Assembly: GCA_013239625.1 (NCBI GenBank)
Contig: MU054212.1
Location: 4,932,270 to 4,996,269 of the forward strand
From: Lama guanicoe
Taxonomy: Eukaryota
Direction: 5' to 3'
DNA: 64,000 bases
Under the pieces are notes generated by a model. That model saw only the letters and a list, made by a program, of their open reading frames with translations. It searched no databases and was not told the DNA's origin. A program made the position numbers and the translations under genes. Position 1 is the first letter of the stretch, and each line of letters begins with the position of its first letter. Shown in pieces: positions 1 through 12,544 of this stretch.

Positions 1-11
1 AAATAAGACAG

Positions 12-366
12 TTTATTTTCTAGAGCAAGAATAAGAATCCTAGTGTTCATTGTTCACTATGTACTATTGGAGAGATAAAGTTATTAGCAAATGCTGTTAT
101 CATGTTATCACTCTCACAGTTTAATAAAGAAATGAATGTTTTGCAAACAATATCTAATTTTGAATCCAGCTGTCTAATTGCCTTCATATCAGTTATAATT
201 TCCAAATGATTATCATCTATGTCATTTTTACTGGCTATTGCCATAATTGAATCAACAGCCACATGTTTTTTACTTAATTTCAAATTAATCTCTGATGTCA
301 CTTAGCTTTGATATACTTGACACATTTCTTATAGGAACTGATGAAACAGAATAGTCAATCCTTTTC
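12..366 (-). other. Candidate terminal exon of a minus-strand spliced transcript
   Basis: Minus-strand acceptor cttttcacttttcctcaataacAG| (AG at 367-368). The phase-2 frame reads KRIDYSVSSVPIRNVSSISKLSDIRD* (TAA at 285-287). An overlapping 84-aa ORF (47-301) lies in another frame. AATAAA on the minus strand at 12-17. Confidence 0.4.
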
Positions 367-850
367 CTGTTATTGAGGAAAAGTGAAAAGTGATCTGTAG
401 AAAGTTCAGTCATATAAATTACTGTGGAGATGTGCTAAAGAAGGTCAAACAAAAGAATATTCTTTTGATTATTAGAATTTTAAAGTAGTGATGGGACCAA
501 GGGAATAGCCTCCAAACTGAAATCAAGTGACTAAATTCTGAGAGTAACAGAAAGGCCCTAAAGGAAATAAATTAACCCCAGGATTGACCTTTCAATCAAT
601 TCTCAATCAGGAATAAAATCTATCTTTTTTAAGTGGGAAAAATAATTTTTTAAAGAGGAAAAAGAGGAAATGGAATCGGCAATTAAGAGATAATAATGCT
701 ACATCAGATATTTTGGTCAAATTATTTATTCTATGGATAAAGATAAAGCTTAGTATTAAAAATGAAATGTATAGGGCCATATTTTGATTATATATATGAT
801 TATAACTGTATATATTATATAAATATTGTATATAAATACGTGTATATATA

Positions 851-963
851 GATGATCGTGTGGCTGACCAAGAGCTGCACCTCCCTGCTGTTGCCCAGCA
901 CCATGAGAGTTTCGTACTGCATATAGCTAGCCCAGGAAAAGATCAGTAAGTCGGGCCCATCTG
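851..963 (+). mobile_element. Tigger5/MER47B-like DNA transposon fragment (TcMar-Tigger)
   Basis: gatcgtgtggctgacc..gagctgc..tgcccagca..tcgtactgcatatagctagcccaggaaaagatca followed by a right-end-like gtaagtcgggcccatctg. Confidence 0.75.
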
Positions 964-1394
964 AACTTCCATGCTATTTGGTAAGCAACCATCATCCTGT
1001 TCACTTCAGATACTCACCTCCCAAATCATTCCAGTTGCCCAGAATGCTGTGTCCCCTAACCTAGGAATTTCTGAGTATTTTTATTGTTGTCTTAATACCT
1101 CTCATCAGAGACAGATTTTCAGTGAAGCAAATGAAGTTCGTTTCATGGTCCTTTACTTTCAGTGGCCTCTTCCTGCAAGTACCACTTTGTACTTACATTG
1201 AGAGAGATTCTCCTTCTCCCCACCAGCTGCATCCCAAATTGCAATAGCTCAGTCCCAGTAATATTTGAATGCACTCATGCCTGGCACAAATGGGGTCTCC
1301 AGGACCCTATTCCAATGCTACTCAGCAGCATCTATTCTGGTCATTTAGTGCTTGATTTTGAATATTTTGAGGTCATCCATTTGTCACACAAAAA

Positions 1395-1630
1395 ATAAAA
1401 GCAAAGTAATAACACCACCAAATTCAACATAATAAGTACCTCTAGGGACAAGGGAGGAGGATTGAATTCAGGAGGGATTGTGGGTTCTTCAAAAGTTCAG
1501 ATAATATGCTCTGTCTTTATATAAATTGTTGGCACCTTAGCATTTGTTTCATTACTCTTAAAATTATGTTCGTCTATTACATATTACCTTTTGTATAATA
1601 TATTTCATGATTAAACATACATAAAAATAT
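1395..1630 (+). mobile_element. Ancient L1 (L1MC/ME-like) 3' UTR fragment
   Basis: G-rich block followed by T-rich tract and A-rich end, typical of old L1 3' ends; boundaries approximate. Confidence 0.5.
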
Positions 1631-1909
1631 AAGGTAAGGTTGGAATCCTCTTATAAGAATTAAGCAGTCCAAACAAGAAGTGTCTAGAGATACATCTGTG
1701 CATGAATATATGAATTTGAACTGCTTATGATTCAAGTATCAAAGCATCAAATTATCTGCAAAAGATATACAAATAATAACAAATTTTCGTTTTTAATAAG
1801 GGTCCTATTTTCTCTGAGTATGGTCACCTATCCTACTTATAAATGAGGCATTTTTAAGCTGTTGCAACTTAGTTTTGCTTTGTGAAGAGGCAAATTTCCA
1901 TAAGCAAGA

Positions 1910-2055
1910 TCATGGATCACTTTCTTAAAAATACAAATTCTAAGCTAGTTCCAAGGCCAAATATATAAGAATATCTTAATTGGCCATGTAGGAATCAATA
2001 TTTGACAAGATTTTTACTTGATTCTGATGAACACTCAGGTTTTAGAGTCAGTCTA
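1910..2055. mobile_element. MER5-like hAT-Charlie fragment
   Basis: aaatacaaattct...aggaatc..atttgacaag...tgattctgatgaacactcaggttttagag resembles the MER5 core. Confidence 0.5.
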
Positions 2056-3599
2056 TGTTATTTTTGTGAAAGATTACATTTTTCTTCCTTATTACATCAT
2101 TATAATACTTTCAGTTTATTTACATAATGGTACGTCCTGGCTCTTATAGAGTTGTATGTTAATTTAAAGGACTGACAGTTAAGATGTCTGTTATATAAAC
2201 TCTGTTATATAAGCCATTATATAAACTCTGAAAAGGCTTAAACATTTTATACTGGTCATAGTATAATGCAACTATATTTTAGATTTCTGAACTGTTTAGA
2301 GACTATTAAGATTGCAATAAAACATTTAACAGTAGTCATATTATTCTAGCTTTTTAAAAATTTTACACCATATTGTGCTGCATATTATTTATGCAACAGC
2401 ATTGAAATTGATGATGTGCTTGTTTTATTTCAACAAAATCTCCTAAATGAAAATAATTTATAATAAAAATATTATGTGAAGTAATTGCCTCCAAAATTAC
2501 TCATTATTGCCTTTATCACATTACATGCATCAGAAGCCATAATCATTATCTCCATTTTCATTACAGAAATATATTCGGTTTATACCTTGGCATTATTCTG
2601 ATTACACAAAGTCCCATTAAAATTGGTAATGAGCAAAACTGAAAAGGTACAAATATTCAAGCTGTATGCATGTGGTAGCTTTCTTTAATGGAAATGGGTT
2701 CAAAATGTGTAGCTCTTTGGCCTGGGATGTTTGTAAATGTGTTCTGATTTGGGAGCTAGTGTTTTTATGTTTCCATTTGGCTTGAGACTTGGCTGATATT
2801 TTATATAAAATTAGATTATTGATATATAAGAAATTACTGTAGATGTTAAGGGAAGAGATATACGTTGATTTCCCTCATTTTTCCCCCTAAATTGTAAACC
2901 ACCAGACCTATAGGTAATACAGATAGATAGGTTTAAGAATCATTAAGAAGACACTCTGCCTTCTGAGAACTCCAGAAATTTCTGAGAAAATGGATGTCCA
3001 CTCAGAAATGTTAGAGCTACATATACCATGTCAAATATGAAGAGAAGTTTAAAAAGATGGCTTTAGTTCTTTATATAAATTATGTTTAAGGAAAAATGAT
3101 GATGATTTTCTACCAGTATAAAATATACGAACTTTACCTTTGAATTTAAAAATATCTTGAATATACATATTTGTAGTTTTTATCATTTACATAGTTTTTT
3201 AGGTAAAGAGAGTGAATAGTTTAGTGTATATTTTACCAGAGTTCCACAGTATTGGACTAAACACATTTCCTCTGAAATACAATAAATACTGAACATTAGC
3301 TTGCGAAATGAATAGACAAGTTCATGCACTCTAACTCTCGAAAATATTTTAGGGTAGTTCTCCAAGATCTATTATATTGACTGTTTACAAGTTTATCTTC
3401 GAGCAATCAATTAACTTGCAAATGAGCTAGGTGATTTATGCCAGTTACACTGCATAGATAACTTCTAATTGAATCAGACATCAAACATGTGATTTAATAT
3501 GTGAATATTATGATAGATGAGCTAACCAGTTTGACATGCAGACTGTCCAACCAACACCCATATCATGACTATGTAGTTGTCTAGGTACATAGCTCTATG

Positions 3600-3765
3600 T
3601 TTATATAGTTTACAAAATGCTCACATCTATTTCCCGACTTTTTCAAAATAAAGAACCCAAAGTTAAGCAGTTTTGACTTAGACTACATCAAGTTCATAAG
3701 AATTAGCAGACTTAGAACTAGGAACTGAGATTTTTGTCTTTAAACCCAATGTCCTTTTTACCATA
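3600..3765 (-). mobile_element. MIR fragment
   Basis: Degenerate reverse MIR core and 5' end. Confidence 0.45.
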
Positions 3766-3768
3766 TGA

Positions 3769-3839
3769 GAACTGATTAAATATAATTTTAGATATGGATA
3801 ATGAACTGATTAAATATAATTTTAGATATGGATAATGAA
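3769..3839. repeat. Perfect 34-bp tandem duplication
   Basis: gaactgattaaatataattttagatatggataat at 3769-3802 and 3803-3836, followed by gaa. Confidence 0.95.
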
Positions 3840-4057
3840 TATACACGAGTAAATATGCACACAGATACATGTCAGCAGAATTACACTCAAATACTATGAT
3901 GATACTAAGTTTATCATATTTAAAATTATAATAATAGAAGTCTAAGTGAATACTAACACTATTTTCTACATTTTACTGAAGTATAAAGTAATCTTGTTAC
4001 ACAGTCCATATGTTTGAAGACATTTTAATTGATTGAATTATAGTTTTCAATAGATAC

Positions 4058-4178
4058 GTTTTCTTCCACAGATCAAATAGAAGAATATCATTCCACTCAA
4101 TATTGATAACTACTGACTTCATTTCTGGATGGGCTACATTGAGAAATGTCGCAGGTTTTGGTTTGTCAGAATATAATG
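4058..4178 (-). CDS. Candidate internal coding exon (121 nt, phase 1 to 2), product unknown
   Basis: Acceptor catttcctctttgatgttAG|, weak donor AAC|gtatct, open frame LYSDKPKPATFLNVAHPEMKSVVINIEWNDILLFDLWKK. Phase-compatible with the exon starting at 366. Confidence 0.4.
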
Positions 4179-4254
4179 CTAACATCAAAGAGGAAATGAC
4201 AAATGCAAGGGAAGTTCCAAAAAACTTGCAATACTTTGCTTAATATGAGGGAAG

Positions 4255-4430
4255 ATTTAGGAAACTGTGATAGCTGATTTCAACCATTTTAAGAACATTC
4301 ATATGAAAGAATAGGAATTTTTTTCTGTATGTCATCAGATTGTGGCATTGAGATAAGTAGTTAGACTTCATGAGATGCCATCTTTTTGGCCTTAAAAAGT
4401 CCATCTAGAGTTTTGGATGCTAAAGTACTC
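4255..4430 (+). mobile_element. L3/CR1 fragment
   Basis: tgatagctgattttcaa..ttttaagaac..tcatatgaaagaa..ttctgtatgtc resembles the L3 ORF2 3' region. Confidence 0.5.
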
Positions 4431-4592
4431 AGGCCATATAAGCAGATGATCACGCCCAAAGGGAATTTGAGTCTTCATTTCTGTCGTTACACTTGATGCA
4501 CATGCTAGAATGCTATACTTTGTCCTCTGTATAGATTGGATCTAAGTGGGAGGATTCTATTTCCTAGAAAGATTAACAGAATGAATTTCCTC

Positions 4593-5069
4593 TGACAGGC
4601 TGTTTCCTTACAACCTGAGAAGTCTTTCAGAAACTGAGTTTGGAATGCAAAGACTTGTCAAAAGTTAACACCTGTGTAAGAGTTAAAACGAGCAAAGATG
4701 ACCCAGTAGGAGGAAGCTGACCTGACCGTCTCTACCAGTTCAGTGTGAAGCTTCGAAGCAAAGACTGCCCTTTTTAGAAGTGTCTCATGTTGGATGGAAA
4801 TGGTTATTTCCCTAAATGACTTTCTCACTCCTTCTCTGGGAGCTACTCTAAGAAAAATGTGTCATTGGCACCATCATTTTCCTCAAGTATTCTGGTGTAA
4901 CCACCCTGAAAAAAGTGGAATGCAAACTTTTGGAATGATCTTGGCTTAACAGCTAGAGCAAACCCTGAAGGAACCAGCAGGGACAGCCATCAGCTAGCCG
5001 TATTCCTCTAGGCTAGGCCAGCTTGCTTTCTTCAGGGCATTCTAAGAGCACATGTCTGTGTCTGCCACA
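4593..5069 (-). mobile_element. LTR16A-like ERVL solo LTR
   Basis: Reverse strand starts tgtggcagac and includes gctgatggctgtccc..ccttcagggtttg, gggcagtctttgcttcgaagcttc and acaggtgttaac, matching the LTR16A layout. Confidence 0.75.
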
Positions 5070-5074
5070 CCATA

Positions 5075-5822
5075 CCCCCAACCTGCTCCTAAAACAGCCT
5101 TCCACTTTTCAGAAACTGGCAGTTGCACTGGGTAAAAATCTTAAAGTCCTTATTCACTCCTCTCTTTAATGTCCCGTATGCCATTTATCAGTAAATCGTG
5201 CTGGTTTTGCCTTTAGATTCTGTTCCTGTCTCACCACCTCCATACCTACTGCCCCAGCTCAAACCATCATCATTTCTTTTGGATCATTGTGATAGCCTCC
5301 TTACTGGTCTTACTGATTACTACAGTTTGTTCTTTACACAGTGTGTTTCCCTTTTGTTCTCAAATCTCTCCGTATCCTTAAGACATATCTTTCATATACT
5401 CAGACTCTTCAATCGTTTTCCTTCTTAAGCTAAGTAAAAAAAACCCCTACATTATCTAGTCCTCTCATTGTTGTTATTATTATTAACCTTTATTCTGATC
5501 TCTAATCCTCCACTTATTCTGTTCCAGCCTTAGTATTCCTTACATATACCAGGCACTCTTCTGCTTCAGGGCCTTGAACTTGCTCTTTCTTCTTTCAGAC
5601 TTATTTAGGTCTTTGACAGAGTGCCTCTCTTTCAGAAAGGGCTTCCCTGAAAATTCTATTGAAAGCGCAATCCAGACCATAACTCCACATGGCACTACCA
5701 TTTCTCCATTCCTCTTATTTTTCTTCATAGAATTTAATAATTTTCAGTTACTGCATCTCCAGGACCTAGATAGACCCTGGCAATTGGTATGTTTTCAAAG
5801 GACTATTTGTTGAATGAATGAA
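5075..5822 (+). mobile_element. L2 3' portion
   Basis: atagcctccttactggtct, cagggccttgaacttgct, ends atttgttgaatgaatgaa (L2 tail). Confidence 0.85.
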
Positions 5823-6004
5823 CTATTAAAAAGTATCCTTTTCCTACTTTAGTCTCTCATAGTAATAGGAACTGAATATTTACACATTATTTTATATGGT
5901 TACCAGTAAGAGACTGGGTAGGCCTGGACCCCAAAGTAGCCAGAAGATTATTAGGAACAAGAACAACATAAAAGAGGTCCATAACATAAGAAATGTAGCT
6001 CAAA

Positions 6005-6210
6005 CTAATATTTATTAAATGCCTATTCTGCAACAGGCACTTGTCAGTTATTGAATTTCTGAAACTCTTACTATGCCCTTAAATAGGGGTTTAATATCAC
6101 CTGGTTTACTGATAGAGCTAGGTTTAGAAAAGTAAAGAACCTAATCAAGTTTCTGTTTACCTGGTGAATAAGGATTATCTTTCCCAAGCCTGTACTATTT
6201 CGACCACATT
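6005..6210 (-). mobile_element. MIR
   Basis: atttattaaatgcctattctgcaacaggcact ... tttactgatagag (reverse MIR). Confidence 0.6.
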
Positions 6211-6424
6211 GTAAGAATTAAATACAACAATCCTTTGTCAGGAATTATGCAACAACTTCATAAATTTTACGAAAAAAGTTAAATCAGTTTTCTAGTCCTA
6301 TAGACCTTCTATAAATGTACATGGTTTTTATCCAAGCCTTGATTTAAAGACATAATTCAGTCTTTAACATAGATTTTTAAAATTTAACTCTTTACCTCAG
6401 ATTTTTCACAGAACAGAACCATTA

Positions 6425-7260
6425 ATTCATTCATTCAAATCTATCATCCATCCATCAATTAATTCATTTATGCATTCAGTCATTTATTGTGCAATTCCCT
6501 GATGGTTCATTTGCAAGTAACAGAGACAGAGTTTCTCCCTTCATGGATATAAATATGTATAAGCATTTTATATAAACTAAATGACATCAGTATTAAAAAT
6601 AACATTTTAGGATCAATGGGTACCCACATCATGAAGATGCAATTCAGTTTAGAAATTAAAACATGTACGTATACCCCACAAAAACCCATATACACACAAG
6701 CAAAACAATGATAACATCTTTGAAGAATCTGTTGTTTTAATCAGAGTCTTGATTAGGCAAATAAAGAACTTTAGGCTATTCCAACACGAATAATATGATG
6801 AGGAGCTAGAGTCAAGGAAAAATGGTGCATATTTGAAGGAATATATTATGTTTACCTTAGGTTTTTAAGCTAGTGTATTTTATCTTGAGAGAATTTGGAA
6901 GCCATTAAAATATTAAGTAGAGAACTGAGTTATCAGAATTGTATTGTTGAGAAATTACTCTTCGGAGAATATGCCGATGGGTTCCCCATGCCCTGATAGC
7001 TGACAGAAACTGTCTCATTAGGGTTATCAATGATCTACGTACTGCTAAATATAGTGGTTTATATTTCTCATCCCTTCTCTTTCTTGACTTCTCATTATCA
7101 CCTAATACTTACATAGTGATGGAAAGTAGCCAGCAGGACAGAAAGGTTAAAAACTGATGTGAGAAACAGAATAAAAAATAAGTAAGACCCTAAATGAGGC
7201 ATACTGGGATGAATTCAGAACCCAGTTAGCAAGATTTATTTTTGATAAAATAGGAATGAC
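6425..7260 (-). mobile_element. Fragmented L2, mostly minus strand, with a plus-oriented RT segment at about 7000-7110
   Basis: attcattcattca tail, ttttatcttgag..gaagccatt; plus-oriented atcaatgatct..tgctaaat..agtgg. Confidence 0.6.
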
Positions 7261-7444
7261 AGTGTCATGGGAGAAAAACAGCTTTAAAAATGTATATTTG
7301 ATTTGAATGGGTCATTTTGAAGAATGGCATTGGACATTGATTTTTGAACCATATGTAGGTAAAACTAATTGGATTGCCAGGCAGTACTGGACCTTGAATT
7401 TATACTGACACAAATTTTGGTTATCATGTCATTTCTTTCTCTAG

Positions 7445-7538
7445 ATTCCAACCGACGGGTGCAAGAGCCAAGTCCTGAACGTTGGAGTTCATACCCCATT
7501 CTGGTTTTGACAGATAGGTGCAGAGAAGGGAAGACAAG
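7445..7538 (+). other. Strong internal exon (94 nt) of a plus-strand transcript; coding status unknown
   Basis: Branch point tactgac (7403-7409), pyrimidine tract catttctttctctAG (AG at 7443-7444), donor AAG|GTAAGA (GT at 7539), CpGs retained. One open frame (phase 1 to 2): SNRRVQEPSPERWSSYPILVLTDRCREGKT. Confidence 0.65.
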
Positions 7539-10500
7539 GTAAGAGTTTGTTTTGTCGACAGAAGGGTGACTGAAGTTTGGGCCACGGCTTCTCATAAAGT
7601 GAAGAGAGGTTGATTAGAGTTAAATGGGTAATTATTAAATCCTAAGTGTTGTCCTAACTTGCCATGTTTACATACAATGAAGTGAAGTTGATTTTTCATC
7701 AAATATCTAAGTTTCAACTTTCTTTTTGAAAGCAAGTTTATGTAATTAAACTGCTGGAATTGTCCAGATTAAGCATGTGTTTAACCCGTGTCATTCTAGA
7801 ATTTTTCAGGCCTCCTGGGCTGCATTTAGTACTGGTTTTTGTTGGGTTAGCAGAATGTTAAAAAAAATTTTTTTAAAGTTTCAAAGTCTTTAGTTCCAAA
7901 ACCTCAGCACAACTATTGCTTTTGCACTAGTCTTTTTATTTACAAATGAAAATTGTCTAGTCTATAATGACATTTGAGTTTAAAATGCAAAAAGAAAACA
8001 AGCATACATTTTAAAACATGATATAAAAACTCAGAAATATCAAGATAAAGTATCATTAATTAAATATGCCTCGTTACTCATATTTCACATTTTCTCATGA
8101 GATATATTTTTAGGAGAATATAAAGTATCTTTTAACAGAGCATTTTCTAAAGTTTTTCCATAAACTTAAGAAATAATGCAAATGTAACTATTCCTTGGGC
8201 AACTGTAACCGATCCTTAGGGTGTGCTCATAAGGATTCTGAGATCTTTCAATGACAAAGAAGTGAGAAATCTAAATATCATAACTGCTCAGTGTAAGTAT
8301 GCCTCTATGTTATATATTTGTCTTCTTCACCCACTCCAAATTTCACACCTCATTTCACATTATACTATACACTGGAATAGCGTCCTGATTAATGTTCACT
8401 CTTTCCCTCTGTCTGAAGTTATTTTTTTTTCCCTTTTTTCTTCTCTCTTTCCTGGGCCCATCTGCTAAGTGGCAAACCCACCTGCTTTCAACTTCTTTGT
8501 CTTTTTATTCTCCTTAGCAATTTCTATAGCTGCTAATAAAAACTCTCTCTGTCGGAATTGGAATGGTGAGCTCAACTGAGTGAGAATTCTAATGTGTTTG
8601 ACCTGTCCTTTGCATTTCCATATGAAAGCCAGAAACTCCTAAATAATGTTAGGAGTAATAAGATAATTGAGAATATCAAACATAGGATTTATCTTCTAAA
8701 ATCAGTAGAGATGAATAGAATTCTGAGATGTGCATTTCTGATTTACAACTTAGTGTGGAAGAATATATGAAGACATAGCACTGAGCATATATATTACGTA
8801 CCAGTTTTACATAACTCAGCCAAAGGATAAGGATAGAATTTCACTTTCCTTTAATGGTAACAGCCCAGCCTTAAATGTATTTTGGAGGATAATTCTTAAA
8901 AATCAATATTTGCAGTGTACATTGTTGACATACATTTTGTGTTATAGATTGCAAAGTATTGAATTACAATATTTCCACTTTCTGTTTGCTTGACATACGC
9001 TTTTTCTGTTAAAACCATGAAAAAGCGATCATCAGTTTAAGAACTGTCATTTTTTTTCCCCAACATCATTTATAAAAGTTTAAAGATAGTAACTCTACCT
9101 TCCTGAACACATACACATATGCTCTATTGAATACCATAAGAAAGGTGTCCATAGATTTTATTTTTAAAATTACAAAATTGCCAAGGTCATTTTTTGTTGC
9201 GATATATCCATTTAGAAGACTGATGCTTCTCAATAATGACTTTGTAGTTGATTATAAGGTGCTAGTTCCATTTAAAAGTGACCATTATACTGTCTCGTTG
9301 TTTTGTGTTTTTTATATAGTAGGTCTCATGTATACCCTAAAATATCTGTCTTAAAGCTATCTGAAATAAAATATTTTCTTTTATTAGCTCCATGTAATTG
9401 TGTTCTGAAGATGACCAGATATAAAACATATTTATTAATTCACAATAAATTTAATACATTGATAGTTTACTTTTTTTTATATGTAACCTGCAAAAGGAGG
9501 CTTCAGTGACAAATCCTTCCCGTATAGATATTATTATTTCCCTCCTCTGTGTTCAAATAGACTTCTGTGCTTCTATGATAGCATTTATTCTATTTCTTGT
9601 ATTAGGGGTATATGTAAATGGTCTGCATTTTAAAGTATATTTTAAGAACTTAGAGTTAAGGGATAGATTTGTTTTCACCTTTACCTATGCTATAACACTG
9701 AGACAGACTATTAATATATAATGATATATTATATCATTACATATTTATTGAAGTAAATACTTAAGAATACATTAGTCAGTTTTTTAAAATTCTAACGTGG
9801 ATTTAAGAATTAAATTTTAACTTATTTTATGTTGAGTTTTTTTTCATGTAGGAGCTGTGATAGTATAGTACATTAGTTTTCAAATGTAAAACAGGTATAA
9901 TTATTATAGAAAATATATTAATCACTATGGTAAGCATAACAGAAAATCATATTTTAAATGTATATCATATATTAAAATAACATATAAGTTATGATTTTGG
10001 TTTAAGAATTATTTAGTGAACTATCTAACTCTCAGCTACTCAGGAGTTTTTCCATTAAAAGAATCATTTCACGTTTGATAGGTCAAAGCTACCATTTAGA
10101 CAAACATGCTTTTAGCTTACAGCAAAATTCTGAAGCTCTCCTGGTGAGAAGTACTGAGACATAAGCTGTGAAATGAAAAGAAAACTGCACTCATTTGCTT
10201 TAGCCCATAACGTGAGAGTTCAAAAGGAAGGAAGCACTTCTCACTATGAATAAATGAAATGCATTGGGTTGTTGGAGGCAGTGCCAGGGGATTTGTAAAA
10301 GCAAGTACGCAGAACCTCACAACTATTAGTGGTTAATCCAAAGGTGTTTAAATCAGCAGTGACTAAATGGCATTATCATTACATCAGCAAAGTGAGCTGC
10401 AAGGATAAACACCCTCGATTCTTCTGTGGCAAATGATTTCTGTTTAATGACTTAAGTGTATAAAAGTCCTCAACATAGTAGTTGTTGCTCTAGAAAGAAG

Positions 10501-10840
10501 TTAAAAGAAGCCTTTTTTTTTTTTTCCCTGCTAAGAGTACTGTGTCTACCGCAAAGTCATCAGTTTGAAAGACAACCTGAGGTCTGAGTTTTCAATTAAG
10601 AAAACTAGATACTGAGGCAAAGTCGGGGTTGCACCTTGCTCAAACTCTCAGTCAAGCATAAGAACCTAATAACCATGGAGTATATAGACATATTTGACTC
10701 AATTATTGAAGCTGAAAATATGGATCAACTTAAATTTCATGAATTCACAACAATAATCCTAAGACTTAGAAGCAGTCCTTTAAGTTTATTGCCACAGATA
10801 TCAGAGAAAACAATTGAAATTTTTTTAATGTCAAAATGGT

Positions 10841-10863
10841 TATATATATATATATATATATAT
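10841..10863. repeat. (TA)n microsatellite
   Basis: Uninterrupted TA run. Confidence 0.95.
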
Positions 10864-11489
10864 GCAGTTCCATGTGGTTCACTCTAAATATGTATTTAGA
10901 GTTTAAGGAATTTCAGCTGCAACCATTCAAGTAAGTGTGAAGAAAAATATCCCATTGTGAAGCATAACGATGTATGAAAATATTAATCACAAAATAAACC
11001 ATAAATAAATGCAAGAATGAAATACTGTAAATATTTTTTAGATCTCTTCAATGAAATAAGTGGGTTATACATTAAAGTTGAATAAAAGAGTCATAACTCT
11101 TGTCGGTAGAGTGGTGTATGTGACTGTTACCCTTAATAAAATTAGTCACTCTGTCTAATTCAATGTGGTGCTTTCTAGGATATTCTTTGCTCATTTCTAA
11201 ATTTGAAAATCCACATCATTTAATTACTCTCAGGGGATCATATGTCATTTTTTTTCAGAACTTTATCTCAAATGTTAATTAATTCTCAACATCATTACAT
11301 CTTCCCTTTGGAAGATTCTACTACTTCAACATTACTCAGAACCTTGTAATTTTTACTTTCTTCTTCTTTTTTTAAATGATCATTAGTGAGTTTAGTACAT
11401 TTTATTAGTAAATCCAAAAAGAAAGAAAAGATGTAAAAAAGAATAGTGGATGTTTCTCATTGTATTTAGGAGTCATGTATAGTGTCTGT

Positions 11490-11600
11490 GTAATTTATTC
11501 AATGATAATTATTGAGTGCCTGACATAGGGCTAATCTTTGCAAGTTGCTGAGGATATAGGAGAGAAAGATAAAAGTCCTTTTCTCCATGGATTGTGTAAT
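11490..11600 (-). mobile_element. L2 3' end fragment
   Basis: atttattcaa..tattgagtgcct..tgctgaggatata..aaagtcct. Confidence 0.55.
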
Positions 11601-11969
11601 ACAATTAAAACAGAGCTAAAATTTTCCATTGTTACACTTACCAAAATTTCCTTAGCTTCATTATTAAGAAGGAAATTTTAAAGTCCACTTAAAACAAAAT
11701 AGAAGTCAGTAATATCTTTTACCTATTGACAGTACCCTTAGGTTAATTTACAAATGAAAATTGTAGGTATGCTCTCGTAAGGCAGCACTTTGGGATATAC
11801 AATATGACATTTTATTTGATTTGTTATTTGTCAAATCTGAAGAAGAAAAATATATTCTACATTTGTTTTTTAAACTTGCATTTTTAAGTTAATACTTTAA
11901 ATGAATGTTAACTCTACCACAAGAGTAGATTTTTGCCAAGAGTGTTTATATATCTGTCCTAAAGTGCAC

Positions 11970-12002
11970 CCTTAGTCTAGAAACCATCCTTAGTCTAGAA
12001 AC
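11970..12002. repeat. Short direct repeat (15 bp, period 18)
   Basis: ccttagtctagaaac at 11970-11984 and 11988-12002. Confidence 0.9.
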
Positions 12003-12544
12003 TGAATGAATCAGAGATGATCATGTTACCTCTAGATACAGAATCAGGAGCTACTCTTTATTTTAGGTTTTTCATTGGCTTTCTGTGGTAAGCAATGTGT
12101 GGCTTAATTCTGCGCAATCCGGAAAATCCCTAGAGATGGTTACGTGTAAATTGCCTGTTTTCATCTGAGAAGCAAAATAATGCCAGTGGAGAAATGTTAC
12201 CATTTATGTTCAGGGAAAAGAATGGGCAGACCTCTAAATTGCAGAACTTTAATGCCAGCTAAATATTTAAATTAAGCAAAAGAGGAGCTGCAATTTAGTT
12301 TCAAACCTGTGTGCAGTAATTTACATCATGCTGATTGATGGTAAATATATGCAGTGGAAACTTGCTAAAAATCACCATGTGCTTAGAACAGTGCTATTAA
12401 CTTTCCAACTGCAGCCAATAGTTTTGAGCAAGAGAGAGGAAGACTTAGTACTTGTTTATGCACATTATCATCATAAACATTGTGGTTATCTTCATCATTG
12501 TCATCATCCTCATCCTTATTCTTATTTTTATCATCCACAAAGTT

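Noticed and set aside
2187..2230. 14-bp imperfect tandem (tctgttatataaac)
   Set aside because: Ordinary slippage duplication in AT-rich DNA
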